In this document: positions 41,368-51,434 of the stretch, in pieces | How the letters are laid out: every line of letters begins with the position of its first letter | How positions within the stretch are numbered: position 1 is the stretch's first letter | From: an uncultured delta proteobacterium | Lineage (GTDB): Bacteria; Desulfobacterota; Desulfobacteria; Desulfobacterales; Desulfosalsimonadaceae | Direction of reading: 5' to 3' | Length of the DNA stretch: 64,000 nt | Assembly: GCA_963826785.1 (NCBI GenBank) | Contig: CAWGYD010000004.1 | Location: forward strand, 224,001 to 288,000 | Position numbers and translations under genes: made by a program | Notes under the pieces: generated by a model | What the model saw: the letters and a program-made list of their open reading frames with translations, nothing else | The model's database searches: none | What the model was told of the DNA's origin: nothing

Positions 41368-43140
41368 ATGAGGACTTGTATCATGAGTCTGGCCTATACC
41401 CTGCGCCTGCTCCGCCGGGCGGGCGCCTTTGCCCGGCCCTATCGACTGTATTTGATCGTCGTTTTATTTTTGACCCTGCTGATCGCTGCCGCGGGGGCGG
41501 TGGAGCCCCTGGTGATGAAGTACATCTTCGATTCTTTCGGCGATAAAAACCCGCTGCTTCATTCCCTGCTCATGGGCGTGGCGGGGCTGGTGCTGCTGGG
41601 CGCCGGAAAAGAAGTGCTTACCACCCTGTCCAATTACCTGAGCTGGCGCACCCGGCTCAATATCAATTATTCACTTTTAGACGCCACCGTGGAGCGCCTC
41701 CACCGGTTTTCCCCGGACTACCACCGGGATGAAGGGGTGGGCGCCACCATGACCCGCCTGGACCGGAGCATCCAGGGATTCATCTCCGCTCTTGCGGAAA
41801 TTTCATTCAACATCATTCCCGCCCTGGCCTACCTTTCGCTCTCCCTGGTCTTGATGATCCGGCTGGACTGGCGCCTGACCCTGCTGGTGGTGGGGTTTGC
41901 TCCGCTGCCGGCCGTCGTGGCCACTTTTGCCGCTCCCGCCCAGATTATCCGGGAAAAGACCCTGCTGGACCGGTGGTCCCGGATCTATTCGCGATTCAAC
42001 GAGGTCCTGTCCGGGATCGTCACGGTGCGCAGCTTTGCCATGGAAGATGCCGAGAAGCAGCGCTTTCTCCGCCAGGTCGATGAAACCAACCGCATCGTGG
42101 TCCGGGGGGTCCGCTATGATTCCGGGGTGGGCGCGCTGCAGAACCTGATCGTCCTGATCGCCCGCATCAGTGCCATCGGCCTGGGCGGATACCTGATTTT
42201 ACAGGGCCAGAGCACGGTGGGAACCCTGGTGGCCTTTTTGGGGTATGTCAACGGCCTGTTCGGTCCGGTGCAGGGCCTCACCGGAATTTACCGGGTCCTG
42301 AGGACCGCCACGGTTTCCCTGGAGCAGGTGTTTGAAATTCTGGATGCACAACAGGCGGTGACGGATGCGCCGGATGCCCGCGAAATCGGCAAATTAAAGG
42401 GACACGTCCGTTTTGACCGGGTCACTTTCCGCTACCCGGGAGCAGACCCGGTGCTTGCCGCCGTCTCCATCGAGGCAAAGCCCGGAGAGCTGATCGCCAT
42501 CGTGGGCCCCAGCGGAGCGGGCAAGACCACCCTCATGGGACTTCTGCAGCGGTTCTATGATCCCTCGTCGGGGGCGGTGTTCATCGACGGGCGCGATATC
42601 CGCACCCTCAGGCAGGACCAGTTGAGAAGGCAGATCGGGGTGGTGCTCCAGGATGCCCTGCTGTTCAACGAAAGCATCCGGGACAATATCGCCTACGGCC
42701 GTCCCCGGGCCACTTCGGCCGAAATCGAAGCCGCAGCCCGCATCGCGCATGCCCATGAATTCATCATGCGCATGGACAAAGGCTACAACACCCTGGCGGG
42801 GGAGCGGGGCGCCCGGCTTTCAGCCGGCGAGCGCCAGCGTATCGCCATTGCACGGGCCATCCTTAAAAACCCGGCCATCCTGGTGTTTGACGAAGCGACC
42901 TCGGCACTGGATGCGGAAACCGAGTCTTTGGTGCAGGAAGCCTTTGAAAAGGTGGCCAAGGGCCGCACCACCTTCGTCATCGCCCACCGGCTGTCCACCG
43001 TGGTCCGGGCCGACCGGATCCTGGTGCTCAAGGACGGCCGCATTATCGAGCAGGGCAGCCATCAACAGCTCTGCCGCAAAAACGGCCACTACGCCCGGCT
43101 GGTGGACCGGCAAACCCGGGGGTTGATGAAGGCGGCATGA
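41368..43140 (+). CDS. ABC exporter, fused permease/ATPase (MsbA/MdlB-like)
   Basis: TM domain, GPSGAGKT, LSAGERQR, LVFDEATSALD, IAHRLST. Confidence 0.93.
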   Translation: MRTCIMSLAYTLRLLRRAGAFARPYRLYLIVVLFLTLLIAAAGAVEPLVMKYIFDSFGDKNPLLHSLLMGVAGLVLLGAGKEVLTTLSNYLSWRTRLNINYSLLDATVERLHRFSPDYHRDEGVGATMTRLDRSIQGFISALAEISFNIIPALAYLSLSLVLMIRLDWRLTLLVVGFAPLPAVVATFAAPAQIIREKTLLDRWSRIYSRFNEVLSGIVTVRSFAMEDAEKQRFLRQVDETNRIVVRGVRYDSGVGALQNLIVLIARISAIGLGGYLILQGQSTVGTLVAFLGYVNGLFGPVQGLTGIYRVLRTATVSLEQVFEILDAQQAVTDAPDAREIGKLKGHVRFDRVTFRYPGADPVLAAVSIEAKPGELIAIVGPSGAGKTTLMGLLQRFYDPSSGAVFIDGRDIRTLRQDQLRRQIGVVLQDALLFNESIRDNIAYGRPRATSAEIEAAARIAHAHEFIMRMDKGYNTLAGERGARLSAGERQRIAIARAILKNPAILVFDEATSALDAETESLVQEAFEKVAKGRTTFVIAHRLSTVVRADRILVLKDGRIIEQGSHQQLCRKNGHYARLVDRQTRGLMKAA

Positions 43141-43209
43141 AACGATCCGCCGTGCCGGCAAAATGAATGGGCAATGAAGCGCCGGGCAATCCTCCAATAT
43201 GAAAAAAGC

Positions 43210-43374
43210 TTACTGTTTCCCCTCTTCATAGCCTCTTTCAAATTCATGCGCCCCTTCTTTTGTCTGCTCGACGCCTTCACCGGTGGCTTCACCTGCGGTG
43301 TGGCAGGCCGGAATGGAAGCCAGGGTGATGATACCCAGAATGATCAGCGCCATTAATTTCTTCAACATAGCCAT
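43210..43374 (-). CDS. Small (54 aa) entericidin-like lipoprotein
   Basis: AAGGAGG RBS, signal peptide, ACHTAGEATGEG resembling the entericidin ACNT..G.G pattern. Confidence 0.65.
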   Translation of the reverse strand: MAMLKKLMALIILGIITLASIPACHTAGEATGEGVEQTKEGAHEFERGYEEGKQ

Positions 43375-43506
43375 ACCTCCTTTATTTGGTTTATAGTAAA
43401 ATATCGTAAATCCGGTCCGGTGGGTATGGGCGAATGCATGTATACAGCGGGAAAAATCCACTGATTCGAGAGGTGTTCGGGAAGGTACCGGGCGGGTGCG
43501 GTTCGG

Positions 43507-43543
43507 TAAAAAAACAGGGCGGCAAATTCATGCCGCCCTGTTG
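43507..43543 (-). terminator. Terminator after the CsgG-like gene
   Basis: Minus strand AACAGGGCGGCA...TGCCGCCCTGTTTTTT. Confidence 0.75.
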
Positions 43544-43584
43544 AAAGGCATCTGCTTGGATAAAGGCCGTGTACGGGTGATTGG

Positions 43585-44304
43585 CTACTCCAGGTCCACC
43601 GCCCCTTTGGTCCTCTGGCGGCGGCTGGATTCCTTTGCATCGTAATCGTTCATGCAGCGGTTGTCTTTTCCCTTGACCAGCGAGCATTCCAGGTATTCGG
43701 ATGATTCGATGATGCAAGCGCGGATTGCTTTTCCCGCGGGTGTCTTTTCATATTTGCCCAGGTTGCCCGAAACACCTTGAATGCTTGCGCCCAGATCAAG
43801 GCCATAGGAGGAGGAACTGGCTTCCACCGTTCGGGAATCCACGATCTCCCCGGTCTCCGTGTCGATCACTTTCAGGTCGATGGCCATGTAGGCCTTGTCC
43901 CGTTTGCCGCCGATGGAAAATCCCATCAGGGATATGCCGCCGCCGTCACCGCTGGTCTCTTCTTCGAAGGACGACACGGATCCGGAAACCAGGTACTTGG
44001 CCCCCTTGATTTTTCCGATTTTGGCCCGGGTGGCCGGATCGATTCTTCCGGAGGTGCCGAAATCCTGTTCGGTCAGAACGGCGTCGATCTCCTTGCGGTC
44101 CAGCACCTGAAACGCCCCCAGATTGGCCAGTTCCGCGGCCAGCATGTCCTGGAGTTCCGATCCCATGCCGCCGCTCCACCACCCGGCGGAAGTTTCATTG
44201 GTGAAGCGAAGCACCCCGATGCGGGGTTTTTCTTCGGCAAAACTCATGGTCGTGCAAATCAGCAGCACCAGGACAAAGATCGACATTCCAAACATTTTTC
44301 TCAT
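43585..44304 (-). CDS. CsgG/HfaB-family exported protein
   Basis: Signal peptide, RIGVLRF, FQVLDR..ID.VL.EQ, KIGKIKGAKYLVSG, DLKVIDTETGEI. Confidence 0.85.
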   Translation of the reverse strand: MRKMFGMSIFVLVLLICTTMSFAEEKPRIGVLRFTNETSAGWWSGGMGSELQDMLAAELANLGAFQVLDRKEIDAVLTEQDFGTSGRIDPATRAKIGKIKGAKYLVSGSVSSFEEETSGDGGGISLMGFSIGGKRDKAYMAIDLKVIDTETGEIVDSRTVEASSSSYGLDLGASIQGVSGNLGKYEKTPAGKAIRACIIESSEYLECSLVKGKDNRCMNDYDAKESSRRQRTKGAVDLE

Positions 44305-44514
44305 AAAACCTCCTGACGTTTTGGGTGGTGAAACTTTGCAGCTGAAAACGGAAATGCCCGCTATTAGCGAATTTCACGATAATGGCAAGCACGATTTCGG
44401 GTCAAGCGGTTTTTTTAAAAATATCAATAATTGATAAGAAAGACACGATTTGCATCAGCGGATGGTTTTTCGGGTAAATGCTGAATTCAGGGAAATTGGA
44501 AGGTCTGATCCGGA

Positions 44515-44546
44515 TAAAAAAAAGGGAGGATTTTTATCCTCCCTTT
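44515..44546 (-). terminator. Terminator after the 63-aa ORF
   Basis: AAAGGGAGGAT-TTTT-ATCCTCCCTTT, with an A run giving a U tract on the minus strand. Confidence 0.8.
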
Positions 44547-44594
44547 ATCGTTCGTTATGAATGAATGATGTCGTCAAATTCAGTTCCGATTATT

Positions 44595-44786
44595 TTATAT
44601 ATGACCCCCGTAAACGCCGGGCTGTATTTCTCTTGAATCCGCCCATTGCACATGCACCGTCTCGGGCGTTTCGATATTCTCGGCGTCGATCTTGCGCTGC
44701 AGTTCTTCTTCTATTTCTCTAACACGATTTCTGCATTCACCCTGACAGCGACCTGAAGCGAGGTCTCTTTCCAATATAGCGTCCAT
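44595..44786 (-). CDS. Orphan 63-aa protein
   Basis: Strong [11 protein letters not shown], upstream TTGACA, downstream terminator; CxxxC and an acidic helix. Confidence 0.7.
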   Translation of the reverse strand: MDAILERDLASGRCQGECRNRVREIEEELQRKIDAENIETPETVHVQWADSREIQPGVYGGHI

Positions 44787-44923
44787 AAGATACCTCCTTT
44801 TTCATTATTTCATTTTCGATTCAAATTAAAAGAACCTGTTATTTTTTTTCAGCAGGTTTACAATTAAACTATGTATCCACAGTCCGATGTCAAGACCCGG
44901 CCGGGATTGCTTTTTATGCCGCT

Positions 44924-45442
44924 TCAGAGCCGGGGAAAGGTGAGACCGAAACGTCTGCAGAGTCCTTCAACACTGTCAAAGTCCATATCGAGCGCATATT
45001 TCCGGTTGATTTCCTGAAATTTGGCCATGTTTCCCCAGGCTGCAGCGATTTCCCTGAAATAATTTTCAAATCCGGCAGGTGAAATGATTTCGATGATCTC
45101 GCAAGGCGTATCTCCTGCATTCCAGAAGGTGTGCCACTGCAGGCGGGGTTTGAACACCCATGCCCCCGGACCAGCCGTCACCACGTCGTCCCCCAGCAGT
45201 GCGCCCAGCGTTCCCTTCAGCACATAGGAAAGCTCGTCTTCGTTGTGATGGTAGTGAAGCGGTGCGGCCAGCGCGTGCGGGGCCATGGGATGATGAACTA
45301 TGGCAAAACGCCTGCCGGTGTCCGCACCCTCAACCTTCCAGCGCACGCCGAGTCCCCCAAAGTCGAAAACCTCGCCATCTTCGGGCAGCACCACTTTCGG
45401 AAACCCTTCTCTGGCGAGGTCTTTTCTTAATATCGCGTCCAT
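44924..45442 (-). CDS. Cupin domain protein
   Basis: PLHYHHNEDELSYVLKG, PRLQWHTFWN, ISPAGFENYF. Confidence 0.9.
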   Translation of the reverse strand: MDAILRKDLAREGFPKVVLPEDGEVFDFGGLGVRWKVEGADTGRRFAIVHHPMAPHALAAPLHYHHNEDELSYVLKGTLGALLGDDVVTAGPGAWVFKPRLQWHTFWNAGDTPCEIIEIISPAGFENYFREIAAAWGNMAKFQEINRKYALDMDFDSVEGLCRRFGLTFPRL

Positions 45443-45561
45443 GAGATGCCTCCTTATATTTTCAATACGAAAAAATCGGGTTATATTTTTGATTACGCCC
45501 CCTGAATGAAGCTACGTACCCGCATGCAGATGTCAATCCACTGAAAAAAGAGGTTTGTGAA

Positions 45562-47229
45562 ATGTCGGAATGCGAGAAGCCCCCGGGCACCCATGACGTA
45601 TTCAACCAGCCCGAAGCGCTTGAAAATTACAATCTGTATGATCAGGATACGGCGTTGATGGAGGCGCTTTACCGGGAAGGCGAAGGCCGCAATGAGGCGG
45701 AGGTTCGCGGGTATGGCCGGCTGGCCGGCCATGAACTGCTCTCTCTGGGATTTGACGCCAACGAAAATCCGCCGGACCTGCATACCCATGACCGGTTCGG
45801 CCGCCGCATCGACCGGGTGAAATACCATCCGGCCTACCACACCCTGATGGGTGCGGCCATCGAAAACGGCCTGCATTCTTATCCCTGGATCCGCCCCGGA
45901 CGCGGCGCCCACGTGGCCCGGGCCGCCATGCTCTACTGCCACAACCAGATGGAGGCGGGCACCAGCTGCCCCGTTACCATGACCTTTGCCTGTCTTCCCG
46001 TGATCCGGCGTCAGCCGGAAGTGGCGGAAGCGTGGGAAGCCCGGGTGACTGCCACCCTCTACGACGGCCGTGACGTGCCGGCATCCGAAAAGAAGGGGGC
46101 CACCATCGGCATGGCCATGACGGAAAAGCAGGGGGGATCGGATGTACGGGCCAATACCACCCGGGCCCATCCCAGAGATGCGTCGGGTCCGGGGCGTCCC
46201 TATGAGCTGACGGGCCACAAATGGTTCTGCTCTGCGCCCATGAGCGATGCGTTTTTAACCCTGGCCCAGACGGACAGGGGCCTCTCCTGCTTCCTGCTTC
46301 CCCGGTGGCGGCCGGACGGGATGAAAAACGCCATTTACCTGCAGCGGTTGAAAAACAAGCTGGGCAATCGATCCAATGCCTCGGCCGAGGTGGAGTTCCG
46401 GTGTGCCCATGCCGTCCTGATCGGAGAAGAGGGCCGCGGCGTGCCCACCATCATCGAAATGGTGGCGCTCACCCGGTTTGACTGCATGGTGGGTTCGGCG
46501 GCCCTCATGCGCCAGGCGCTTTCCCAGGCGATTCATCACGCGAGATTTCGAAAGACGTTCGGCAGGTTTCTCATGGACCATCCCCTGATGCAAAATGTAC
46601 TGGCCGACCTGGCCATCGAAAGCGAGGCGGCGCTGGTGATGGTCATGCGGGTGGCCCGGGCCCTGGACGGATCAATGGACCTGAAAGAAGAGCGGCTTCT
46701 GGTTCGCGTCGCCACTGCAGTGGGCAAATACTGGATCTGCAAGCGGGCGCCGGCCATGGTGATCGAAGCGGCCGAATGTCTGGGCGGCAACGGGTATATC
46801 GAAGAAAGCATACTGCCCCGCCTCTACCGGGAAGCCCCTGTAAACGCCATATGGGAAGGCTGCGGCAATATCCAGGCGCTGGATGTGCTCCGGGCCATGC
46901 AAAAATCCCCTGATGCACTGGAGGTTTTCCTGGAAGAAATCCGACCGGCCCGGCAAATGGAGCCGCATCTGGATGAACGCGCCCGGCGGCTGGAGAAAAT
47001 GCTTGCAGACAAAGACTCACTGGAATTTCGGTCCAGGCGCCTGATCGAGGAGATGGCCCTGACATTTCAGGGGGCGCTGCTGGTCCGTCATTCGCCGCGG
47101 CATGTCGCCGAGGGATTTTGCCGGACCCGGTTGGCCGAACATCCGGGGCGGCTGTATGGGACGCTGCCACCGGGCATCGATGCCGCGGCAATCATTGATC
47201 GGGCATTTCCGCCAATGCCGGGAACCTGA
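45562..47229 (+). CDS. aidB: AidB-like acyl-CoA dehydrogenase
   Basis: THDVFNQ, CPVTMT, MAMTEKQGGSDV, GHKWFCSAP, KLGNRSNAS, IWEG.GN. Confidence 0.85.
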   Translation: MSECEKPPGTHDVFNQPEALENYNLYDQDTALMEALYREGEGRNEAEVRGYGRLAGHELLSLGFDANENPPDLHTHDRFGRRIDRVKYHPAYHTLMGAAIENGLHSYPWIRPGRGAHVARAAMLYCHNQMEAGTSCPVTMTFACLPVIRRQPEVAEAWEARVTATLYDGRDVPASEKKGATIGMAMTEKQGGSDVRANTTRAHPRDASGPGRPYELTGHKWFCSAPMSDAFLTLAQTDRGLSCFLLPRWRPDGMKNAIYLQRLKNKLGNRSNASAEVEFRCAHAVLIGEEGRGVPTIIEMVALTRFDCMVGSAALMRQALSQAIHHARFRKTFGRFLMDHPLMQNVLADLAIESEAALVMVMRVARALDGSMDLKEERLLVRVATAVGKYWICKRAPAMVIEAAECLGGNGYIEESILPRLYREAPVNAIWEGCGNIQALDVLRAMQKSPDALEVFLEEIRPARQMEPHLDERARRLEKMLADKDSLEFRSRRLIEEMALTFQGALLVRHSPRHVAEGFCRTRLAEHPGRLYGTLPPGIDAAAIIDRAFPPMPGT

Positions 47230-47296
47230 AAAGAATGGCCCCGGTTTTTGCCGGGGCGGTTAAATGAATGCGAGTCGTTTGGGATAATATGATCAG

Positions 47297-47500
47297 TTAC
47301 AGGCCGTAGTAATCGCAGGCGGCTTTGAACGCATCCTTAAGAAAGGGGATGGAGATCAGAAACAGTGGGATGGCCACCACAAATCCGAAAAGCGGCAGCA
47401 CCGTAAAACCGGTCACGATGAACAGAATGCCGAGAATCAGCAGGATCGTGCCGATGATAAAGGCCGAAGTTTTTTCTTGAAAACATTTCAATGGCTTCAT
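47297..47500 (-). CDS. Small two-TM membrane protein
   Basis: AAGGTG RBS; two hydrophobic helices around TVLPLFG. Confidence 0.7.
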   Translation of the reverse strand: MKPLKCFQEKTSAFIIGTILLILGILFIVTGFTVLPLFGFVVAIPLFLISIPFLKDAFKAACDYYGL

Positions 47501-47685
47501 AGCATCACCTTTCTGTGTTTCGGGGTTCTGACAGCGTTTGCGTGGTCGCGTCTTCTGCTAACCCCTATGATTACTTATAATTAAAAGATAAATATCATGA
47601 TCGGGATTGTCAATCGGGGCGCCGGAGGATAAAACCCGATGAGCAGGTTCTGGCGCATGTGCATCCAATTAAAAAGGAGATCCAG

Positions 47686-48447
47686 ATGAAAGCGAATCGA
47701 TTCTTATTCATGGTGATATTTGCTGCTGCGATGGTGGCTGTCCTGGCCGGGCAGGGGGTCTGCGGGCTGGTGCTGACCGACACGGACGGCGGAAAAACGT
47801 TCATCTCAAAGGGCAAGATCAAGCAGTCCCCGGCCCAAAAGGGAGATGAATATGCGATTGTCGATCTGGAAAAAGGGACGCTGACCGTTATTCAGCCCGA
47901 ACAGAAACGAGCGGCTGCGGGCACGGTGGATGAATTCTGCGGGATCATGGATGAAATGAAAAGCAACATGGACCAGGTGATGGAAGAAGTCCGAAAACAG
48001 ATGAAATCCCAAAACATGCCCGCTGATATGCCCGGCCTGCCGGGGGCACCCCCCCGGGTACGGGTGGAAAATAAGGGCAAAGGCCAGCCCGTTGCAGGGT
48101 ACGAAACCGAAAAATACCAGGTTTATGCAAATAATCAGCTCTATGAGGAACTCTGGTTTACCAGAGACGATCGGATCATTTCGGAGGGGGGGGACCCCGG
48201 ACAGATGGCCCGGTTTGAAGCCTGTGCCTCAACCATGCTGGGGCCGGGAGCGGTGGAAAACACCCCCGAACTCCAAAAACTGGCCAGGACGGGCTGGCTG
48301 CTCAAGGCCGTTTCATATGCGGACGGAGAAAAGCAAACCCTTATTCAGGTCGACTCCATTGAAAAAATGGATATTCCGCCGGCTGAATTTAACATCCCGG
48401 AAGGATATAAGAAAATATCGCTCAAACAGATGTTTGAAGCAAAATAA
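47686..48447 (+). CDS. Exported DUF4412-like protein
   Basis: AAGGAG RBS, signal peptide, G...VAGYETEKY, ELW, IPPAEFNIPEGY. Confidence 0.75.
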   Translation: MKANRFLFMVIFAAAMVAVLAGQGVCGLVLTDTDGGKTFISKGKIKQSPAQKGDEYAIVDLEKGTLTVIQPEQKRAAAGTVDEFCGIMDEMKSNMDQVMEEVRKQMKSQNMPADMPGLPGAPPRVRVENKGKGQPVAGYETEKYQVYANNQLYEELWFTRDDRIISEGGDPGQMARFEACASTMLGPGAVENTPELQKLARTGWLLKAVSYADGEKQTLIQVDSIEKMDIPPAEFNIPEGYKKISLKQMFEAK

Positions 48448-48482
48448 AAGCGGCAGCGCGATTCCTGCTCCCCCGAGTCGTT

Positions 48483-48519
48483 ATATGAGAATGGCGGCAT
48501 CTAACCGCCATTCTCATAT
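48483..48519. terminator. Perfect 15-bp hairpin between convergent genes
   Basis: ATATGAGAATGGCGG-catctaa-CCGCCATTCTCATAT; no clear U tract. Confidence 0.55.
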
Positions 48520-48545
48520 CCTGATGGATAAATCGTGCAGATGCT

Positions 48546-48734
48546 TTACTCTTCCCAGTAGATACAATCGGACGGGCAGGCGTCAATGGCGTCCTGAATT
48601 TCGTCTTCGGGGCCGCCTTCTGCCTGAATGACATACGCTTTTTCCTCATCTTCATCAAAGGCGAAAACTTCCGGGCAGATTTCCACGCAGCTTTCGCACC
48701 CCACGCATTCGTCCCTGTCGATAACCACTTTCAT
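48546..48734 (-). CDS. Single-cluster [4Fe-4S] ferredoxin, 62 aa
   Basis: CVGCESC...CPEVF...ACPSDCI; AGGAGG RBS. Confidence 0.95.
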   Translation of the reverse strand: MKVVIDRDECVGCESCVEICPEVFAFDEDEEKAYVIQAEGGPEDEIQDAIDACPSDCIYWEE

Positions 48735-48986
48735 GAATGATCCCCCTCCTTTATTGATTGTTGCGGACATGAAAAGCGCCTTGAAGATGGTCACGGGCGC
48801 CTTTCGGCATGTTGTATATTCAATTATTCAGATCGTTTAATCTCTATGGGAACTGCCAATTGCCTTGATTTTTTTCTGAATTTAAAATATAAACATGATC
48901 CGATGATTGTAAAAACCGGCGCTCGACTTTCGTCGGGATTTAAAATTTTCCGCCTTGGGCCATTTCAAATGGTGCCCGGGGCCTTC

Positions 48987-49541
48987 ATGCGAAATGGAAA
49001 GGAAGATAAGCCATTGTCCGATAATGCAGGCGGAATTGACCAGGCGGGCCAGGACCTGTTCGACTATGCCGTGGACCGGGAGGAACTCAAATGGCTGATG
49101 TCGAACCTGCCGGCGGAAGCGGATGCCGACCGGAACAGCATGGAGTACGAACTCCAGATTTTAAAAATCATCGCTGTGGGGTGGAGCCTCTCCTTTTACC
49201 TGGAAAATCACCCTTTCAAGCTTGAACTGGCGAAGCTTTACTGGGACCGCATTCGCCAATTTTCAAATCAGCTGTCGGAAACCACCCGCCTGATGACCGG
49301 AAAAGACATCGATTATTTTCAGGTATTGAAGAACCGGCTGGATGATTATGTCGCCGTGATGGCGCAAAACCCGGAGGCAAAAATCCCTTCTGCGGCCATC
49401 GGGCCGTCTTTTGCCAGGCATTGCGGCAGCCCGGATGACGTGTATGCCATCATGACCGGGACCAAGATGTTTCACTCCGTCCTGGTGCGGGTGCGCAAAT
49501 ATCTTTCCGCCCTCAAATGGCTGGAGGATGAAGCGAGATGA
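48987..49541 (+). CDS. Conserved hypothetical protein, start uncertain
   Basis: Long ORF with normal protein composition; stop overlaps the moxR ATG (ATGA). Confidence 0.65.
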   Translation: MRNGKEDKPLSDNAGGIDQAGQDLFDYAVDREELKWLMSNLPAEADADRNSMEYELQILKIIAVGWSLSFYLENHPFKLELAKLYWDRIRQFSNQLSETTRLMTGKDIDYFQVLKNRLDDYVAVMAQNPEAKIPSAAIGPSFARHCGSPDDVYAIMTGTKMFHSVLVRVRKYLSALKWLEDEAR

Positions 49542-50509
49542 AAAGCCCGGGCAGCAGAAATCCGTTTTCGGCCCGCAAGATCGCCGACAGCATGAATCCG
49601 CAGTTTGAATCCATTGTCGAGACGATCAGCGGCGTGGTGCGGGGAAAAGCACCCCAGATCCGCCTGGCCCTGACCTGCCTGTTTGCCGGTGGGCATCTTC
49701 TGATCGAGGATCTGCCGGGGATCGGCAAAACCACCCTGGCCAAGGTGCTGGCCAGATGCATGGGGCTCGACTTTCAGCGGATTCAGTTCACCAGCGACAT
49801 GCTCCCCGGGGATATCCTGGGGGTTTCCATTTTTGATGCGAAAGCCGGATTGTTTCACTTTCATTCCGGCCCGGTCTTCACCCAGGTACTGCTGGCCGAT
49901 GAAATCAATCGGGCCACCCCCAAAACCCAGAGCGCCCTTCTGGAAGCCATGGAAGAGGAGCAGGTGACCATCGAGGGAAAGACCCGGCCGTTGAAGAAGC
50001 CCTTTTTCGTCATTGCCACCCAGAATCCCCTGGAGCATTCCGGAACATTTCCCCTTCCCGAATCCCAGCTGGACCGGTTTTTGATGCGGGTGGCGCTGGG
50101 CTATCCGGGTCGGGCCGCTGAAAAAGAAATATTGATCAACGGCGGGGCCGGAAACGCACTGGCGGAAATGGGTGCCTGCATGCTTGAAGCCGATGTCTGC
50201 GCCATCCAGGATCGGTGCGCCGGGGTCCATGCCTCAGACACCTTTCTGGAGTACCTGCAGGATATCATCGATTTTACCCGGACCTCCCCCTATTTTCTGG
50301 TGGGCCTGTCTCCCCGGGCCGGGCTTTCCCTGCTCAGGGCCTCCCGGGCCTGGGCGTATCTTCACGGCCGGGACTTTGTCATTCCCGAAGACCTCCAGAA
50401 GATCCTCCCCCATGTGGCGGGCCATCGGCTGCGGTCCACCAGGGACCGTCTGGAAATTCCCCGAAGCGCGCTTTTGGACCTGTTTGATGAAGTGGCCGTA
50501 CCCGTTTAA
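49538..50509 (+). CDS. MoxR-family AAA ATPase
   Basis: GHLLIEDLPGIGKT, RIQFTSD, LADEINRA, ATQNP, LPESQLDRF. Confidence 0.95.
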   Translation: MKSPGSRNPFSARKIADSMNPQFESIVETISGVVRGKAPQIRLALTCLFAGGHLLIEDLPGIGKTTLAKVLARCMGLDFQRIQFTSDMLPGDILGVSIFDAKAGLFHFHSGPVFTQVLLADEINRATPKTQSALLEAMEEEQVTIEGKTRPLKKPFFVIATQNPLEHSGTFPLPESQLDRFLMRVALGYPGRAAEKEILINGGAGNALAEMGACMLEADVCAIQDRCAGVHASDTFLEYLQDIIDFTRTSPYFLVGLSPRAGLSLLRASRAWAYLHGRDFVIPEDLQKILPHVAGHRLRSTRDRLEIPRSALLDLFDEVAVPV

Positions 50510-51425
50510 AGGCCGTCCGGGACGGAAAACGGCAGCGGCCGCGCCGGCGTTTCCCCTGATCTTAAACCGCCACCGGGTGTATATCTTTCCCACGCCGTTC
50601 GGGTTTTTTTTCATCTTCGTCCTTTTGGCCATGTTGATCGGTTCGGTCAATTACAACAACAACCTGGGATTTCTCCTGGTGTTTCTGCTGGGGGCCCTGC
50701 TGCTGGTCTCCATCTTTCACACCTACCGGAATGTCCTGGGCCTGTCCATCCTGTCCGTGTCCGCAGAACCCGTCTTTGCGGGCGATCTTGCGCTCTTTTC
50801 CCTCCGGATCCGGGCCGGCCGGATTTTGCGATGTGCCGTGGCGTTTTCGTTTAAAAACGGACCGGTGGCGCTGGAAAACCTGTCCCCTGCTACGGATCAG
50901 ACCATCATCGTGAGCGCTGAAACAAAGCATCGGGGTGAGTTTGTGCCGGGGAAGCTGACGGTGTGGAGCCGGTTTCCACTGGGATTGTTTCATGCCTGGT
51001 CGCATCCGGATCCGGGGGCCGCCTGCCTGGTCTATCCCCGGCCCCGGCCGGCAAGGCGGACGCAAGAAATCAGCGCTATCCCGGATGATGCCGCACGACG
51101 GGGGAATGCCGATGATTTCAGGGGATTGCGAACCTACCAGGCGGGCGACCCGGTACGCCGTATCGCCTGGAAGACCCTCTCCCGGGGAATGGGGGTGTTT
51201 TTAAAGGATTTCGGAACCGATTCACAGGAACAGACGGTATTTGATTTTGACCACATACCCGGTGATATCGAAACCCGGCTGTCCGGGCTCTGCGATCTGG
51301 TGTTAAAATCCCACGGTGCAAATGCCGCCTATGGGGTCAAGATTCCCGGCCGGCTGATCCGGCCGGATCGGGGCGAGCTGCAGAAACAAAAATGCCTACA
51401 AGCCCTGGCCCTGTTCAGGGGGTAA
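50487..51425 (+). CDS. DUF58-family protein
   Basis: YIFPT, NYNNNL, FPLGLF, LVYP, FRGLRTYQAGDP..RIAWK. Confidence 0.9.
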   Translation: MKWPYPFKGRPGRKTAAAAPAFPLILNRHRVYIFPTPFGFFFIFVLLAMLIGSVNYNNNLGFLLVFLLGALLLVSIFHTYRNVLGLSILSVSAEPVFAGDLALFSLRIRAGRILRCAVAFSFKNGPVALENLSPATDQTIIVSAETKHRGEFVPGKLTVWSRFPLGLFHAWSHPDPGAACLVYPRPRPARRTQEISAIPDDAARRGNADDFRGLRTYQAGDPVRRIAWKTLSRGMGVFLKDFGTDSQEQTVFDFDHIPGDIETRLSGLCDLVLKSHGANAAYGVKIPGRLIRPDRGELQKQKCLQALALFRG

Positions 51426-51434
51426 TTTATATCA

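Noticed and set aside
43585..44304. Curli secretion system
   Set aside because: No curlin repeat proteins or CsgE/CsgF nearby.
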